DNA from: Saccostrea echinata
Lineage: Eukaryota
Assembly (NCBI RefSeq): GCF_033153115.1
Contig: NW_026889779.1
Coordinates: forward strand, 9,734,001 to 9,798,000
Reading direction: 5' to 3'
Length of the DNA: 64,000 nucleotides
The position numbers and the translations under genes were made by a program. This document shows, piece after piece, positions 10,449 to 24,510 of this stretch. Numbering within the stretch: position 1 is the first letter of the stretch; each line of letters begins with the position of its first letter. The notes under the pieces were generated by a model. That model made no database searches. It had not been told where the DNA came from and saw only the letters and a list, made by a program, of their open reading frames with translations.

Positions 10449-12827
10449 AACTTCAGACCCTTGTAAGAAGAGAGTGAAATCAGACATTCAACATTAGATT
10501 GTGCTTTGTTTATAAAATGTACAATTTGATATATATATTACAAATATGTGTGATGCTATTTATAAAGGCGACCTTTTTGTTACATTTTTTACTGAATTGT
10601 ATGATAAAGTAAAAATTAATCAAGTACACTGTGATGTAAAAATAAAACATACATATTGACCTTTACTATGCATAAAACATAGAGACTCCTTTGGACATAT
10701 CAGGTCTCAACTATAAAGGGATCTTACATTTCATTTAATAACAGTCAGTTAAATCGCATGTAGATAACAAACATATTCTTAATGTAGGCTCAAGAATGTC
10801 CAATGTGTGGAATGTCTACTTTTTTTTTTGGTTATTTTACAGAATAGGGTAAATATATATCATAGTTGATATCTTTCCTTCCAAAGATAATTCATTATTG
10901 ACATTAGAGTGGTTTTATTTTATTTTTTTTATCTGGTGTGTTTTATAAGAAATGAGTTAAAACTTATTTCAGAGGTGTTTTCTACTACCTTAAAAAGTGA
11001 TCTGCAGTCATGGAAAGTGGTCAGTGGCTCTTAGAAACGTTTAGTTGTCTGCAATCGATGTATGGAAAACTAGTGCTTAGTGCATACATGTATATCTTGT
11101 TGATATAATTCAATCTTATTTTATGTTTCACAGATTCGAAGATGAAAGATCGGGGACATATTGTTTCCGGTCAGTTTGTGACCATGCAAGTAACATTTGA
11201 AGAAAACAAGATGGAAACCTTATATTTGGTCCATTAGTAGCTGATGAAAAGACGTTATGTTTTGACCATTATTGTCATGTTACTGAAGTTTTCTCAATTG
11301 AATAAGAGAACCTGAAGTGTGAAAATGTTGTCGCGCAATAATTCTGTTATCTAACCTTTTAAAAAGTTCATCATTGACATGATAACTAGTTAAACATAAA
11401 AATTTGTATTTGACCCATCGCATTGCACAAAGAGAAAATCGCAGTTATCAGAACTGCAAAATTTATGTAAGGTTCATTATTTTGTAAATAAAAAAAGAAG
11501 CAAAAGAAGTTTTTCTTTGTCCCCCGCTTTCACTGAAAGTGGGGGATATTAATTTTTGTCCCCCGCTTTCACTGAAAGTGGGGGATATTAATTTGGGTCT
11601 GTCTGTCCGTCCGTCCGTCAGTCTGTATTTCTTTCTGTCTGTAACACTTTCGTTTTCGCGAGATATCTCGAGAACCCTTTGAGCTTTCGCAATGAAAGTT
11701 TGCATAGCAGCTCCCTATGGCCTAAAGAAGAACCCTATTTATTTTGAGGTCAAAAGGTCAAAGGTTAAGGTCATAAATTCACAAATTCTGTCTGTGTTAT
11801 GTAAAATTTCATTGCAAAAGCTCAAAGAATTCGCGAGATATCACGCGGAAACGAAAGTGTCAAAACAGACAGAATTTGTAAATTTACACTTGAAAAGAAA
11901 ACCCAAGGCGATGGAAAAGGCACAAAGGACACTTTTTCCCATGCATTTGCATGCTTTTCCGTGCTGTCCATTTTTATTCTATTATTTCCATGCTTTACAA
12001 TTACAGACAATTCATTTGTAACACGTTTAATAAACGAGGAATACTGTAACTAAGGCGATTTTCGTCTGCATTCCTTTGTTGCACTCTCGGTAAATACAAT
12101 TGTCAGGTGGGTTCCCTGACCAAAACAGATGATCACGGGTATTGTAATATGAAAAAAAAAAAACAAATTTGTTGTCCATTTAACTGTTTAAATGCCTAAG
12201 GGATGTTGCTCGTTTTCCTTAACCTTGAAGCGCTAGTGTTCTGAACGTGGCACAGAGTACATTTTTTATATGCATTTTCTAGTTAACAACGGAGCAACAA
12301 ATTACAACCGCCCGTGGCATCTGTCATAGTTTCTACTCTTTGTATTTTTTCATATAAACATTTTTTTTAATTGTTTTTTTTCAAACCATTTGATATCGAT
12401 CAAAGAATGAAGCGCATTGAAGTGGGGTAAAATTCTCCGTTTGAATGGAACGTTTTGAGCTTTCTTTAGAACGTTGATTGTCATATAATGACACGCCTAT
12501 TTCTTTAGAAAGTAAAAAGAACGCTCAAATGGTTCATTCGAATACCTGTAGGTATTCGATAAATATAAAAGCCAATCAAATTGACAGTCTATACATAAAC
12601 ACCAAGTAAACACTTGTTCGATAAACAGGATAAATTTATAATTATGTACATGTTCGTTGCAATACGCGTTATATACAAAATCGGGGTCTCTAACTCTCTC
12701 TTCTAATTTTATGAAATCTCCTTTTCAGTGTAATTCATGTTACTAGTCGCAGAGAGTGGGGTTACCTAAAGCATTAAGACGAATATTTCTTTCTCATTTT
12801 TAAAGAAATATGCGTGTCATTCTGTAG

Positions 12828-12945
12828 CAGGGTTCTCCATGGGCCGTCTGACGTGGCGACTCCGCTACCGTTAAATTCCCTAGCGCCACAGTTAAAAAAT
12901 CAGCGCCATAGTTCCACCACAGTTAAAATTTTAGCGCCACAGCAA
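12828..12945 (+). mobile_element. Possible left end of a hAT-like element
   Basis: CAGGGTTCTCC start followed by repeated AGCGCCACAG subterminal motifs. No matching right TIR was found. Confidence 0.35.
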
Positions 12946-15128
12946 GATCACTGTATTCAGTAAGATAAATATAAAAAATATATGTATCAAATGAACATCC
13001 AATTTTCAGTTTTTAATGCTTATCCGTTAATTTACTCTAATTAGGGTCCATTGTTTGGCTTGCGCAATCAATTATCTTCTGGAGCTCGATGGACACATGA
13101 ATGAAAAGAGACAAGCCAATTTTCACACTTCACGATAATTACAAATGAAATTTTTAATATCAATTAATTAATGTTTTAATAGTTCTACACATAACCACGT
13201 TCTTAAATTGCATTGGCACTACGTACAGTGTAGCAACTGACGTGCAATAAGAAAAACCCAAACTTTCCACTCAAACGAACAATTTTACAACTTCAATGCG
13301 CTTCATTGTAGATTGAGTTGAACCAGTGTTCGAAGTGAAATGTAAACATATACATGTAGGTGTCAAGTTAACGTTGCTATTCATGCAACGATTGGTCAAT
13401 TGTGGGTAGTAAGATCCTCTGTGCACATTAATAACAAAAGCCATATAAGGTAAACAAAAGTTCGTCATATACATTTTTTCTACCAGTTCATCGGGCGATT
13501 TTGAAAAAAGTAACACTACCAAGACTATCGTTATTTACTCTGACTTTAACACATGGTCATTTGTGAATGTCTCTCTAACGTCTTATATATAGTATACGAG
13601 CCTGTTACTCGTTAGCATTGCTTAAACATTTACATAATATAAAGCAGAAATCCATGATCTTTTTGTCTACGTTGTTCAAAGGGACATAATTTGAGTTATC
13701 GAACTTTGAAACAAAACTTACATTATACAAATTTCCAAATAAACATTCAATCACAAGGAGATATTGTATATAAAAGCTGTCTTTGGAGGGTGGATGGTGG
13801 GGAATATTTTTAATACATTGACAAGTAAAATAATTGTGCTTGTTTAAACACAAGTAGAATTGCACCATGCTGCACTCTGCTGCAATACAATGCGATACAT
13901 TGTGAAGCCTGCCAAATTGTTCAATCAAAATTAACATAGTCATTTTTTTTTCTTAATTGAATTTAAAAACTGATTGAATATACACACTCTTTTTCATTTT
14001 ATGCTTCGGAAAAAAAGTTCAAAAACAGACTAGAGAGCATTTCTTTATTCTCATATTCTTAAATATTTGTTTTCTTTGATATGAATCAAAATTAACAATC
14101 AGTAATTAAGTCGAAGGACTTCCGCAAAGTTACATGTCACTGGGTTTTTTTTTTTATCGAATGACTAGTTTGAGTATGCGCAAAAGATCCAAAAGAAATG
14201 AACACTCCTTTTTGACTGATGAGTGGATTTTTATGTTTGCAAGAGAATTTATACTGTTTACCATAATAAGAATTTTACTGCATTTTAATGCACTGCACTA
14301 CAATGTAATGTCAATCAATAAAATGAAGTCTATTTTTATTTTACATTTTGGTATTGAAAATAAGGTGTAAATTAACATATTTTCTAATATGTTTTTATTT
14401 TTAAAAAAGTTTTGAAAAACAGACTGGATGGAACCTGTATTTTCATTCACATTTTCTTAAATGATTGTTCTCTTTCATACGAATCTAAATTAACAATGCA
14501 GTAATTATGTCGAAGGATTTTTCGACAAATTTTTTTTCATTGCTGTTTATTATTTTATGCAACGCCTAGTTTGGGTATATGAAAGATTGAAAAAGAGAGA
14601 AATCTTGTGTTTGACTGATGAGTGTAAATTTTGAGAGTGATGCAGATAAGCACCAGGAAGGATAAACAGAATATATTCTGATAACAGTACTTAGAGCTAA
14701 GTTCTCATCAAAGAACAGTTATTTTTGCTGATTTTTTTTATTGAAAGACTGATATGGATATATGCGAAACATCCCGAGGAAAATTGGAGTGTCGAGTGAA
14801 GTTGTTTAATTGCAAGCTAATTAATTTTGCTTTTAAATGAAAATATAACTGTCCTACAATACATTGCATTGTAATCCTTGATGTACTGTCTAATTAAAAT
14901 ATACTTGGTCAATTTTTTATTATTAGGCAAAACAGTGAGGAAAAAAATAAACTTTCCTGTTTGACTGATGAGTGAATATTTTGAGACTCAAACAAAGCGC
15001 CGATAACTTTGTAGAACAATCAAAGACGCTTTTCAATACTGCTTAGCAGTACTTGTTTAGTGAGATAAACTCACACTAAGTTCTTTGCACGCGACATTAC
15101 CCGTAAGCGTTATTTACTCTGACTTTAA

Positions 15129-16392
15129 TTCAATTATTCAATTTATTCACTCAAAAACCATGTAAATGGTTACATGAGGTACATAAACATATAAAACATA
15201 TATACATATAATACAGTGGGTCAAGCAAAAGGTGAGATAAATTAAGCTAGCTAGGGAGAACAGACCATACTATTAATCTTAGTAATAAAAGAACATAATT
15301 TTTTCAAAGAATCAACATCATTTTGGCACATAACTTCACAAAACTTCATAGTGTTTGGCTTAGAACAAAATTTTGGGTTCAAAAAAATTTTCCTCGCTTG
15401 ATTTAAAGCACTACATTCTAAAATATAATGATATTCATCTCCTATCTGATTACTATCACATAAGCTACAGAATCTTTCACTTCTTTGAGTACCATTCCAT
15501 CTACCTGTTTCAATTGGAAGGTGGTGGTTTGTGGTTCTAAATTTAACTAAAGTTTTTCTAAATTTACATGATAACAGTGTTAAATATTTTTCGCACTCAA
15601 AATTGGTTTTAAAAATTCTATAATTTAAACTTTTTGAAGATTCTTGAACTTCACTATTCCACTTTTGAATATATTGATCTTTTAATCTTTGTTTGACTGT
15701 AGCAGTTATCCATTCTACATTATAGAAATATTGCTCATACCATATATTTGATAAACCACATCTGTCAAAAATATTTTGTACAAATGAAATCCAGGAGTTT
15801 ATCATTTCTCCTTTATCATATTGTTTACGTAAATACATATATACAATTCTGCACAATTTGTTTTCTTTCCCATACACAAGTTTTGCCCAATATTTTACCA
15901 TTCTTGAGTAAATATTTATATATAATGGAAACCGTCCAGTTTCTCCATAAATCATATTACTTGGAGTGGTACTTTTTAAATTCAATATATGTTTCAGAAA
16001 ACGTAAATGTACTCGTTCAATAATATCAATATTTTCATAACCCCATATTTCACAGCCATATAACAATACTGGTAAAACTACTTTATCAAACAGATCCAAT
16101 TGACATTCGAAGGGTAGATTAAATTGTCTAATTTTACGTATCACACCATACATTGCCTTTTGTGCTTGTTCACATAGGTGTTTTCTTGCTTTACATAATG
16201 AGCCTGTACGAGAAAATACAATCCCCAAATAATTAAAATCTTTGACTACTTCTATGAGACTGCCGTTATATGTAAAAACATTTTTTGGTTGTCTACCCTT
16301 TGAGAAAATAAGTATCTTTGTTTTCTTAATATTCACACACAATTTCCATTTTTCACAATATACGTAAAATTCATTTAATGCTCTTTGAAGAT
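15129..16392 (-). mobile_element. 5'-truncated LINE (RTE-X-like)
   Basis: Open frame from just after the RT catalytic motif (DLQRALNEFYVYCEKWKLCVNIKKTK) to the C-terminal Zn motif. Tail AATAAATTGAATAATTGAA. Inserted between CTTTAA and CACATGG with no TSD. Confidence 0.85.
15251..16342 (-). pseudogene. C-terminal part of a LINE ORF2 (RT thumb plus CCHC Zn finger)
   Basis: FNYLGIVFS, PVLLYGCEIWG, IYGETGRFPL, FRTTNHHLPIETGRW, CSLC...DEYHYILEC. The endonuclease and RT core are absent. Confidence 0.8.
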
Positions 16393-19304
16393 CACATGGT
16401 CATTTGTGAATGTCTCTCTAACGTCTTATATATAGTATACGAGCCTGTTACTCGTTAGCATTGCTTCAATATTTACATAATATAAAGCAGAAATCAATGA
16501 TCGTTTAGTCAACGTTGTTCAAAGGGACATAATTTGAGTTATCGAACTTTGAAACAAAACTTACATTATGCAAATTTCCAAATAAACATTCAATCACAAG
16601 GACAAATTGTATATTAAAGCTGTCTTTGGAGGGTGGATGGTAGGGAATATTTTTAATACATTGACAAGTAAAATAATTGTGCTTGTTTAAACACAAGTAG
16701 AATTGCACCATGCTGCACTCTGCTGCAATACAATGCGATACATTGTGATGCCTGCCAAATTGTTCAATCAAAATTAACATAGTCATTTTTTTTTCTTAAT
16801 TGAATTTAAAAACTGATTGAATATACACACTCTTTTTCATTTTATGCTTCGAAAAAAAAAAGGTTTCAGAAACAGACTGCAGAGCATATCTTTTATTCTC
16901 ATATTCTTAAATATTTTTCTTTGATATATGAATTTAAATTGACAATCAGTAATTAAGTCGAAGGACTTTCACAAAGTTACGTATTACTGTTTTTTTCTTT
17001 TCTTTTTTTTTTTTTAATCGAATGACTAGTTTGAGTATGCGCAGAAGATCCAAAAGAAATGAACACTCCTTTTTGACTGATGAGTGGATTTTTATGTTTA
17101 CCATAAGAAGAATTTAACTGCATTTTATTGCACTGCACTACAATGCAATGTCAATCAATAAAATAAAGTTTTTTTTTAGTTTACATTATGGTTTTAAAAA
17201 TAAGGTGTAAATTGTAAATTAACATATTTTCTAATATATTTTTATTTTTAAAAAAGTTTTGAAAAACAGACTGGATGGAATATTTTCATTCACTTTTTCT
17301 TATATGATTGTTCTCTTTCATACGAATCTAAATTAACAATGCAGTAATAATGTCGAAGGATTTTTCGACAAATTTTTTCATTGCAGTTTATTATTTTATG
17401 CAACGCCTAGTTTGGGTATATGAAAGATTGAAAAAGAGAGAAATCTCGTGTTTGACTGATGAGTGTAAATTTTGAGAGTGATGCAGATAAGCACCAGGAA
17501 GGATAAACAGAATATATTCTGATAACAGTACTTAGAGAAACAGAATATATTCTGATAACAGTACTTAGAGCTAAGTTCTCATCAAAGAACAGTTACTTTT
17601 GCTGATTTTTTTTTTTTATTGAAAGACTGATATGGATATATGCGAAACATCCCGAGGAAAATTGGAGTTTAGAGTGAAGTTGTTTAATTGCAAGCTAATT
17701 AATTTTGCTTTTAAATAAAAATATAACTGTCCTACAATACATTGCATTGTAATGCTTGATGTACTGTCTAGTTAATATATACTTGGTCAATTTTTATTAT
17801 TAGGCAAAACAGTGGGAAAAAAATAAACTTTCCTGTTTGACTGATGAGTGAATATTTTGAGACTCAAACAAAGCGCCGATAACTTTGTAGAACAATCAAA
17901 GACGCTTTTCAATACTGCTTAGCAGTACTTGTTTAGTGAGATAAACTCACACTAAGTTCTTTGCACGCGACATTACCCGTAAGCGTTATTTACTCTGACT
18001 TTAACACATGGTCATTTGTGAATGTCTCTCTAACGTCTTATATATAGTATACGAGCCTGTTACTCGTTAGCATTGCTTAAACATTTACATAATATAAAGC
18101 AGAAATCAATGATTGTTTTGTCTACGTTGTTCAAAGGGACATAATTTGAGTTATCGAACTTTGAAACAAAACTTACATTATGCAAATTTCCAAATAAACA
18201 TTCAATCACAAGGACAAATTGTATATAAAAGCTGTCTTTGGAGGGTGGATGGTGGGGAATATTTTTAATACATTGACAAGTAAAATAATTGTGCTTGTTT
18301 AAATACAAGTAGAATTGCACCATACTGCACTCTGCTGCAATACAATGCGATACATTGTGATGCCTGCCAAATTGTCCAATCAAATTAACTTAGTCAATTT
18401 TTTTCTTATTTGAATTTAAAAACTGATTGAATACACACACTTTTTTTCATTTTATGCTTCGAAAAAAAAAAAGGTTTCAGAAACAGACTACAGAGCATAT
18501 CTTTTATTCTCATATTCTTAAATATTTGTTTTCTTTGATATGAATCAAAATTAACAATCAGTAATTAAGTCGAAGGACTTCCGCAAAGTTACGTGTTACT
18601 GGTTGGTTTTTTTTTTTATCGAATGACTAGTTTGAGTATGCGCAAAAGATTCAAAAGAAATGAACACTCCTTTTTGACTGATGAGTGGATTTTTTGTTTG
18701 CAAGAGAATTTATTCTGTTTACCATAATAAGAATTTAACTGCATTTTATTGCACTGCACTACAATGCAATATCAATCAATAAAATGAAGTCTATTTTTAT
18801 TTTACATTATGGTATTAAAAATAAGGTGTAAATTAACATATTTTCTAATATATTTTTATTTTTAAAAAAGTTTTGAAAAACAGACTGGATGGAATATTTT
18901 CATTCACATTTTCTTATATGATTGTTCTCTTTCATACGAATCTAAATTAACAATGCAGTAATTATGTCGAAGGATTTTTCGACAAATTTTTTCATTGCAG
19001 TTTATTATTTTATGCAACGCCTAGTTTGGATATATGAAAGATGGAAAAAGAGAGAATTAAATCTCGTGTTTGACTGATGAGTGTAAATTTTGAGAGTGAT
19101 GCAGATAAGCACCAGGAAGGATAAACAGAATATATTTTGATAACAGTACTTAGAGCTAAGTTCTCATCAAAGAACAGTTACTTTTGCTGATTTTTTTTAT
19201 TGAAAGACTGATATGGATATATGCGAAACATCCTGAGGAAAATTGGAGTGTCGAGTGAAGTTGTTTAATTGCAAGCTAATTAATTTTGCTTTTAAATAAA
19301 AATA

Positions 19305-20488
19305 TACTGAAAGGTAAAAGAAACGCAGGGTAACATAATATGCGAACATTTTTTGACTGTATAACCGAAAATTATGAAAATTGGTCAGAGAGATATCTTG
19401 GTTACTGTGCATTAAAATCAGTGTTCAGAACTACTTAACCGTGAAATGTATGACGTCACATTAGGAAAGTGGTAAAAAGCCGAAAACACGTGCATATCGA
19501 TGACGATATGTTTTTTAACACATCTCGTAGTACCATTTGCTGCACTTAAGTTATACACATCGTTTTTCGATATTTACAGTCGATTTACATTTTTTGAAAT
19601 CAAGGTACGGTTGACGGAAGTGCCATGGGGTCTTGCTATTGCATTGCCTAAGGAAGGATAATTGCAACGACAGGTTTTTCTGCAGTTTGTTGTGATTTTT
19701 CCACAATAGAACGTCTTACCCGTCCTCAGAGAGGGCGTAGAAAGGTTTCCAACTAACCGTGACGTGACGTTGACGCGTAACAGCGCCACTTCAAGATCGG
19801 GCTATTCATCCTGCCACCTGTATAATCACCATCACATAACCCTAAAATTGCTATTAATAAAGCAGGCTATCATAATCGTTACGTTTCCCCCAAAACTGAA
19901 GGAAATCGTTAACGCGATTAAGGTTTGTGAGCCCGTCAACTTTACGTATTACAAGTGTTCCTCTAACTCGCGCATGCGTGTGTCGTTTGCCAATTTTTTT
20001 GGGCATGTCAACCCACCTCCCAATGCTTCCAGGGTTTGTCAAGATTTTCTCGCAAATAATCACATTTATCTACTTGACTGGTCTCCGTCAAGCACATCTT
20101 TTTCGCATCAAACGTCTGTGGGTCTTCGTGGACGATAGGGTTTAAAATGCCCAAGATGGTCTCAATCAACTTCTCGGAAGGGTTGAATAATATCCCTATT
20201 AGAAGGATAAACACACTGATGCACTCCATGCATAGGAGAATCAAGGCTGTGACAGATGCGCGAGGGAGACATGTAAGGTAATAAAAATTTTCTTTTTTCA
20301 CTTTTGGGGGTACCGTCATATGAGTTTCAATAACTCATGAATTATTGGGGAAAATCAAATGAGATTTTGGTTACATTTTTATCAAAGATGATTTTAAATG
20401 TTAGATAGGATAACTGGAAAATACGTCTGAAATATATAACCTTATTTCACCTAAGAAGTTCACCCTGCGTTTCTTTTTCCTTTCAGTA
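19305..20488 (+). mobile_element. Decayed, internally deleted Tc1-family transposon
   Basis: 27-bp TIR TACTGAAAGG(T/A)AAAAGAAACGCAGGGT with TA TSD. Relic peptides VCQDFLANNHIYLLDWSPSS, IKRLWVFVDDRV and NNIPIRRINTLMHSMHRRIKAVTDARGRH match the Tc1 C-terminus. Confidence 0.85.
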
Positions 20489-21379
20489 TAATTCTACAAA
20501 TCAAGGGGGGGGGGGTTCCGACCCCCCTCCCCCCCCCGAACTGCACATGCTCTTCTTTTCCCCTAAGCGGGGGACAAAAATTCTCTGAATTAGCTTGTTA
20601 TATATAGATATTGCCTATAAGTGGAGGATGTACATTGTATCTTGACCCCTAAATTGAAATCATTTAAGGATTAGATAAGTAATAAGAATCTTTTAAATGT
20701 AAAAACTTTAAGATTTTTGTGTTGTGTGCAATTTTTTAGATAAGGTATAAATTCTCATATGACAGCTTTAGTTTGGTCAAATTTGCAAACCCCGCTACTG
20801 GACCATGATCGGAAGTTTTCGTGTTTCTCATTATCAAAGGATCTCTTGTCTTGCCATCTGTATCTGCTTTCATTACGCTGTAGGGAATTCCCTCTTTTTC
20901 ACACGAAAAGGAAAACCATCCCACTGTACATAATTATTAATGTAATGTTAGATAATTTGGTATATAAAAGATATTCAAATACTATGCGATATTTAAAATA
21001 CAATCTTGATACCAAACAGCATTAATTGTCTTTTTTTTCATGGAAAAATGTTAATCTCTGCATACGTGACAGCATTGCCGATGATTACTATGCAGCAGTT
21101 TACCTGTTAAACTAGAGGAACCTGTAGTGATAATTAAATGTCAACACTTTTATTCATAAAAGTTTGATGAATGTCAGATCAATGTTTTGGTGTTCCCTAA
21201 AATGGTATTAAATCTTTCAAATAAGGTTATACGTATAGAGAAGAAGACCCAAAACAAAAAAAATTTGATAAATAACCCTAACAAACACAAAAAAGAACAA
21301 ACAAACCAATAAATATGATTTTTAAATTCAATTGCTTCCGAACGTTACGTAGTGTAACATAAACAACACTACCCTGACA

Positions 21380-22110
21380 ACTATTCATGTGATTGTGGGT
21401 ACTAATTGCGTCACTTAATTAGCAGACCTACTTTTGCATTCCGTCTCAGAAAGTCTCTTGCTGTAGCCTTCAATATACCGACAACGTTTTATCAATTAAC
21501 AATATTCATTTTCATTCCTGCGTTGATTCGATATATCCCTTTGAACTCGAATTAAAGGACACCACAGAGTCTGACAGATCTGTTTCATATTTGGATATTT
21601 CATAAAGACATAAATGGCAACCTAACAACAAAACTCTGTAACAAACGTGGTGACTTCAACTTTTCCCTTATTTATGTAGCAGTATAAAATTATCACCTGC
21701 ATATGGAGTTTATGCCTCCAAGTTGATTCGATACGTAAATTCTAAAACGGGGCAAGCTATTAGCAAATAAATTGATGATACAAGAATATCAAAAGTTCCG
21801 TTTAAAATCAGCATTTCAAAAATTCTATGGTCAATACAATGATCTTGTAAGCACATAAAATCAATCGTTAATTCGAATGTTGACTGACGTTTTTCATACA
21901 TTTATTTGGCCCATTAATGTTAAACTGAATTGCTAACGGGCTTTTCCGTTTGTCTGATTTTGACAAGGAGCACACGGTGAGTGTGACCGGGGATGCTTAC
22001 TCCTCCATGGCACCTAATCCTACCGATGTTTTTAGAGGTCCGTGTTTGGTCTGCTCCAAATATTTATTATTCCAATGGACTTCTGAGCTTGATACTGTTC
22101 ATTACCTTCA
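21380..22110 (+). mobile_element. Decayed Penelope-like RT plus 3' end
   Basis: Relics of the GTNC..L.ADL, YPFELELKDTTES, PAYGVYASKLIRY and FQKFYGQYNDL motifs, followed by the shared terminal block. Confidence 0.75.
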
Positions 22111-22859
22111 CATTCCATTATACATGTACAAGATTTCAGTAACAGATTCTTTTTCAATTAAAATTTAAATTTTCCATGAAGTGTCATTAGTCATGCCAAT
22201 TAATTTGTGTTATTCTTACAAATTTTAATTAGTTTTCCAATTGTTATTGGCAAGATAATCATTGATGGTGATTTTTGACAGGTGTAGTGTACGTTTGTAC
22301 CATGGCTGTATTTTCCTTGATTTTACCGATTATCCGGTGCTTTGACACTGCCAATTCCTACGAAGGGTTAATAATGTATGCAATTAAAAAAATCCGTATT
22401 TAAACTTATGTATGATAATTATGGATTCGAGTTTTGTTCTTTTACACAGGTAAAGCGGCAGCACACTGTCATTTGCTTTGAATGTTCTAAACGTCCTTCA
22501 CTGAAATTCTCAAATCAGAACAACGTGCTAAGTTTTGACGAGAACAGTGTAGCACAGTTATCGAATTTTTACCGGTATTTAGAATCCCCAACTTCAACTT
22601 TAGACTCCAGTTTCGTGAAAAAAGCTATTTCATTTTAATAAATAATGATGATAATTTTCGATGTTTGCAATTTTGTATAGGCTACCTTATTTACCTATAG
22701 GCTGTATGATGTAACACATTCTCTCACTGACAAAACCGCAGGGTGGTGAGAATGTCTCAACTGCCTTTTGTGAATAACAATTATGTTGTGATGATTCTTT
22801 TTCATTATGGTCTAATATTGTTTGTCTTTATAATCTTATGCTTCTTCAATATGTATGAT

Positions 22860-24170
22860 GGTATTTTGATTTAACGAGCTGATACTTATATTTTACATAA
22901 TGATACTTTGTCTTTATATGCTGATCCTTTTTTTTTCCTTTGCATAATGATACTTTGATATTACGTGCTGATACTTTTTTTCATTACATGATGATATTTT
23001 GATAATACTTAATGATACTATTGCTGTATATGCTAATACTTTGACATTTAACCATTAAAATGTAATTTTAAGCGATTTAGCGTTTTCTCAATAAAAATAA
23101 ATAAACATTTTAAGCGCGAAGTAATTCTAGCAATTTTAAAATGTCAATAGGTCTTACCGCCAGTGTGGGGCAAATTATTCAATTTTAGCGACTTTAATAC
23201 TGTGGTTACAAGTAATAAAGCCAAAATTGAATCAACGCTAACATTTTACTGAAACAGTATGCTGATACCTGCACATTATATACCGATACTTTCTCGTAGT
23301 GTGATGGAACTTTGACATTTTATCCTTATACTCTCATTCTCTATCATATGTGCTGATACTTTTTCAAAATATGCGCATAATTTGTCTTTACTTGCTGACA
23401 CTTAATTTATGATGATATTTGACATAATATGCTGATATTTTGACATTATATGATGAAACTTTATATCATTTTCTGATAAAATCATATTTAATAGAGACGT
23501 TTAAAACCTAAACTTCCGAAGAGCAAGTCGGAAGCTAATTTCGTAAGAAAAACAAACATGTTGCATATTTCGGAGAAACTTCAGTAGTAACACTCCTATG
23601 AATATTTTGAAAGGAAGAAAATGACACCAGCTATTCTTTGTAAGCTACATATATTTAGAATTAGAAGCTTTGGTATTTCAAACATATACATACGAAGTAA
23701 TTTTCTGTCAGGCAAAGTAGAGACCCATATGATTTTAAGTTACATCATCTCGACTCTTTTTGAAATACTAGCAACTTCAAATTCTAAAACAACCACTTAC
23801 AATATATATATGTTGCATTGTTTTTCCTGTCAAAATATTCAAGAATATGTTGCAACCGTAGTTTCTTCAATCCACGCAACATATTTTTTCAGACGTGTTG
23901 AAATGTGTCCCTTTGTTGTTTTCCGAAATTTTAAGTTGGAAACAATTTACCAAAGATTACGAATTTTATCAGAAAATGACAAATAATCATCACAATTAAT
24001 TAAAAAGTAGCATATATCATATAAATAAGAATTATTTGCATATAATTTCAAAGTATCAGTATATAATGTCAGGGTACTATCATATAACGCAGAATTATCA
24101 ACATATAATGACATACTATGAGTATATAATGACGAAGCATCAGTATCAATATGAAGTATCAACATACAAT
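22860..24170. repeat. Old foldback-like element with degenerate ~21-bp TGATACTTTGACATTATATGC repeats, inverted at the two ends
   Basis: Forward repeats at 22860-23480 and reverse-complement repeats (AAAGTATCAG..ATATAATG) at 24010-24170. Confidence 0.5.
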
Positions 24171-24468
24171 GTCGTAGGCATTTGAAACTCGGATCATTAA
24201 TACATAACCAAAAAAGGATAGTAAATAGATCCAAGTTTCTGTAACAAAAATTTGGAAATTTTTTTATTTAGTATCTAGAAATTAAAATAATTTTAATGAA
24301 GGACAGATGATACAAACAAAAAATGGATGCCTGGAGTGGTATATATTGTTGGACCTATTTTGATTGTAAATGATGCAAATATCAAATTTCTAAAATATTA
24401 AGAAATTGTAAACTTTTTATGATGTTCAAAATCCTACCTTTCTACAATCGCCCTTATGAATCTATATA

Positions 24469-24469
<1 letters not shown>

Positions 24470-24510
<41 letters not shown>

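Larger units (their letters stand above)
13529..19304. repeat. About 1.6-kb tandem repeat, about 2.8 units, with internal diverged subrepeats
   Basis: Near-identical units at 13550-15128, 16393-18004 and 18005-19304 (truncated by the Tc1 relic). The same pseudo-ORF appears three times in the ORF track. Confidence 0.92.
11516..20599 (+). mobile_element. Probable composite Helentron/HINE-type element with nested cargo
   Basis: Left end: subTIR TTTTTGTCCCCCGCTT within a duplicated 39-bp hairpin unit, then a (GTCT/GTCC)n microsatellite. Right end: exact reverse complement AAGCGGGGGACAAAAA (20565-20580), hairpin AATTC-TCT-GAATT, then CTTGTT. Confidence 0.55.

Noticed and set aside
14210-14995. 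Repeated CTGATGAG as hammerhead ribozyme cores in the tandem array
   Set aside because: No correctly placed stem II plus GAAA or cleavage triplet follows any of the three motifs.
13605-18383. Three similar minus-strand ORFs (MTMLILIEQFGR...)
   Set aside because: They are by-products of the tandem repeat, with varying stops and no recognisable domain.
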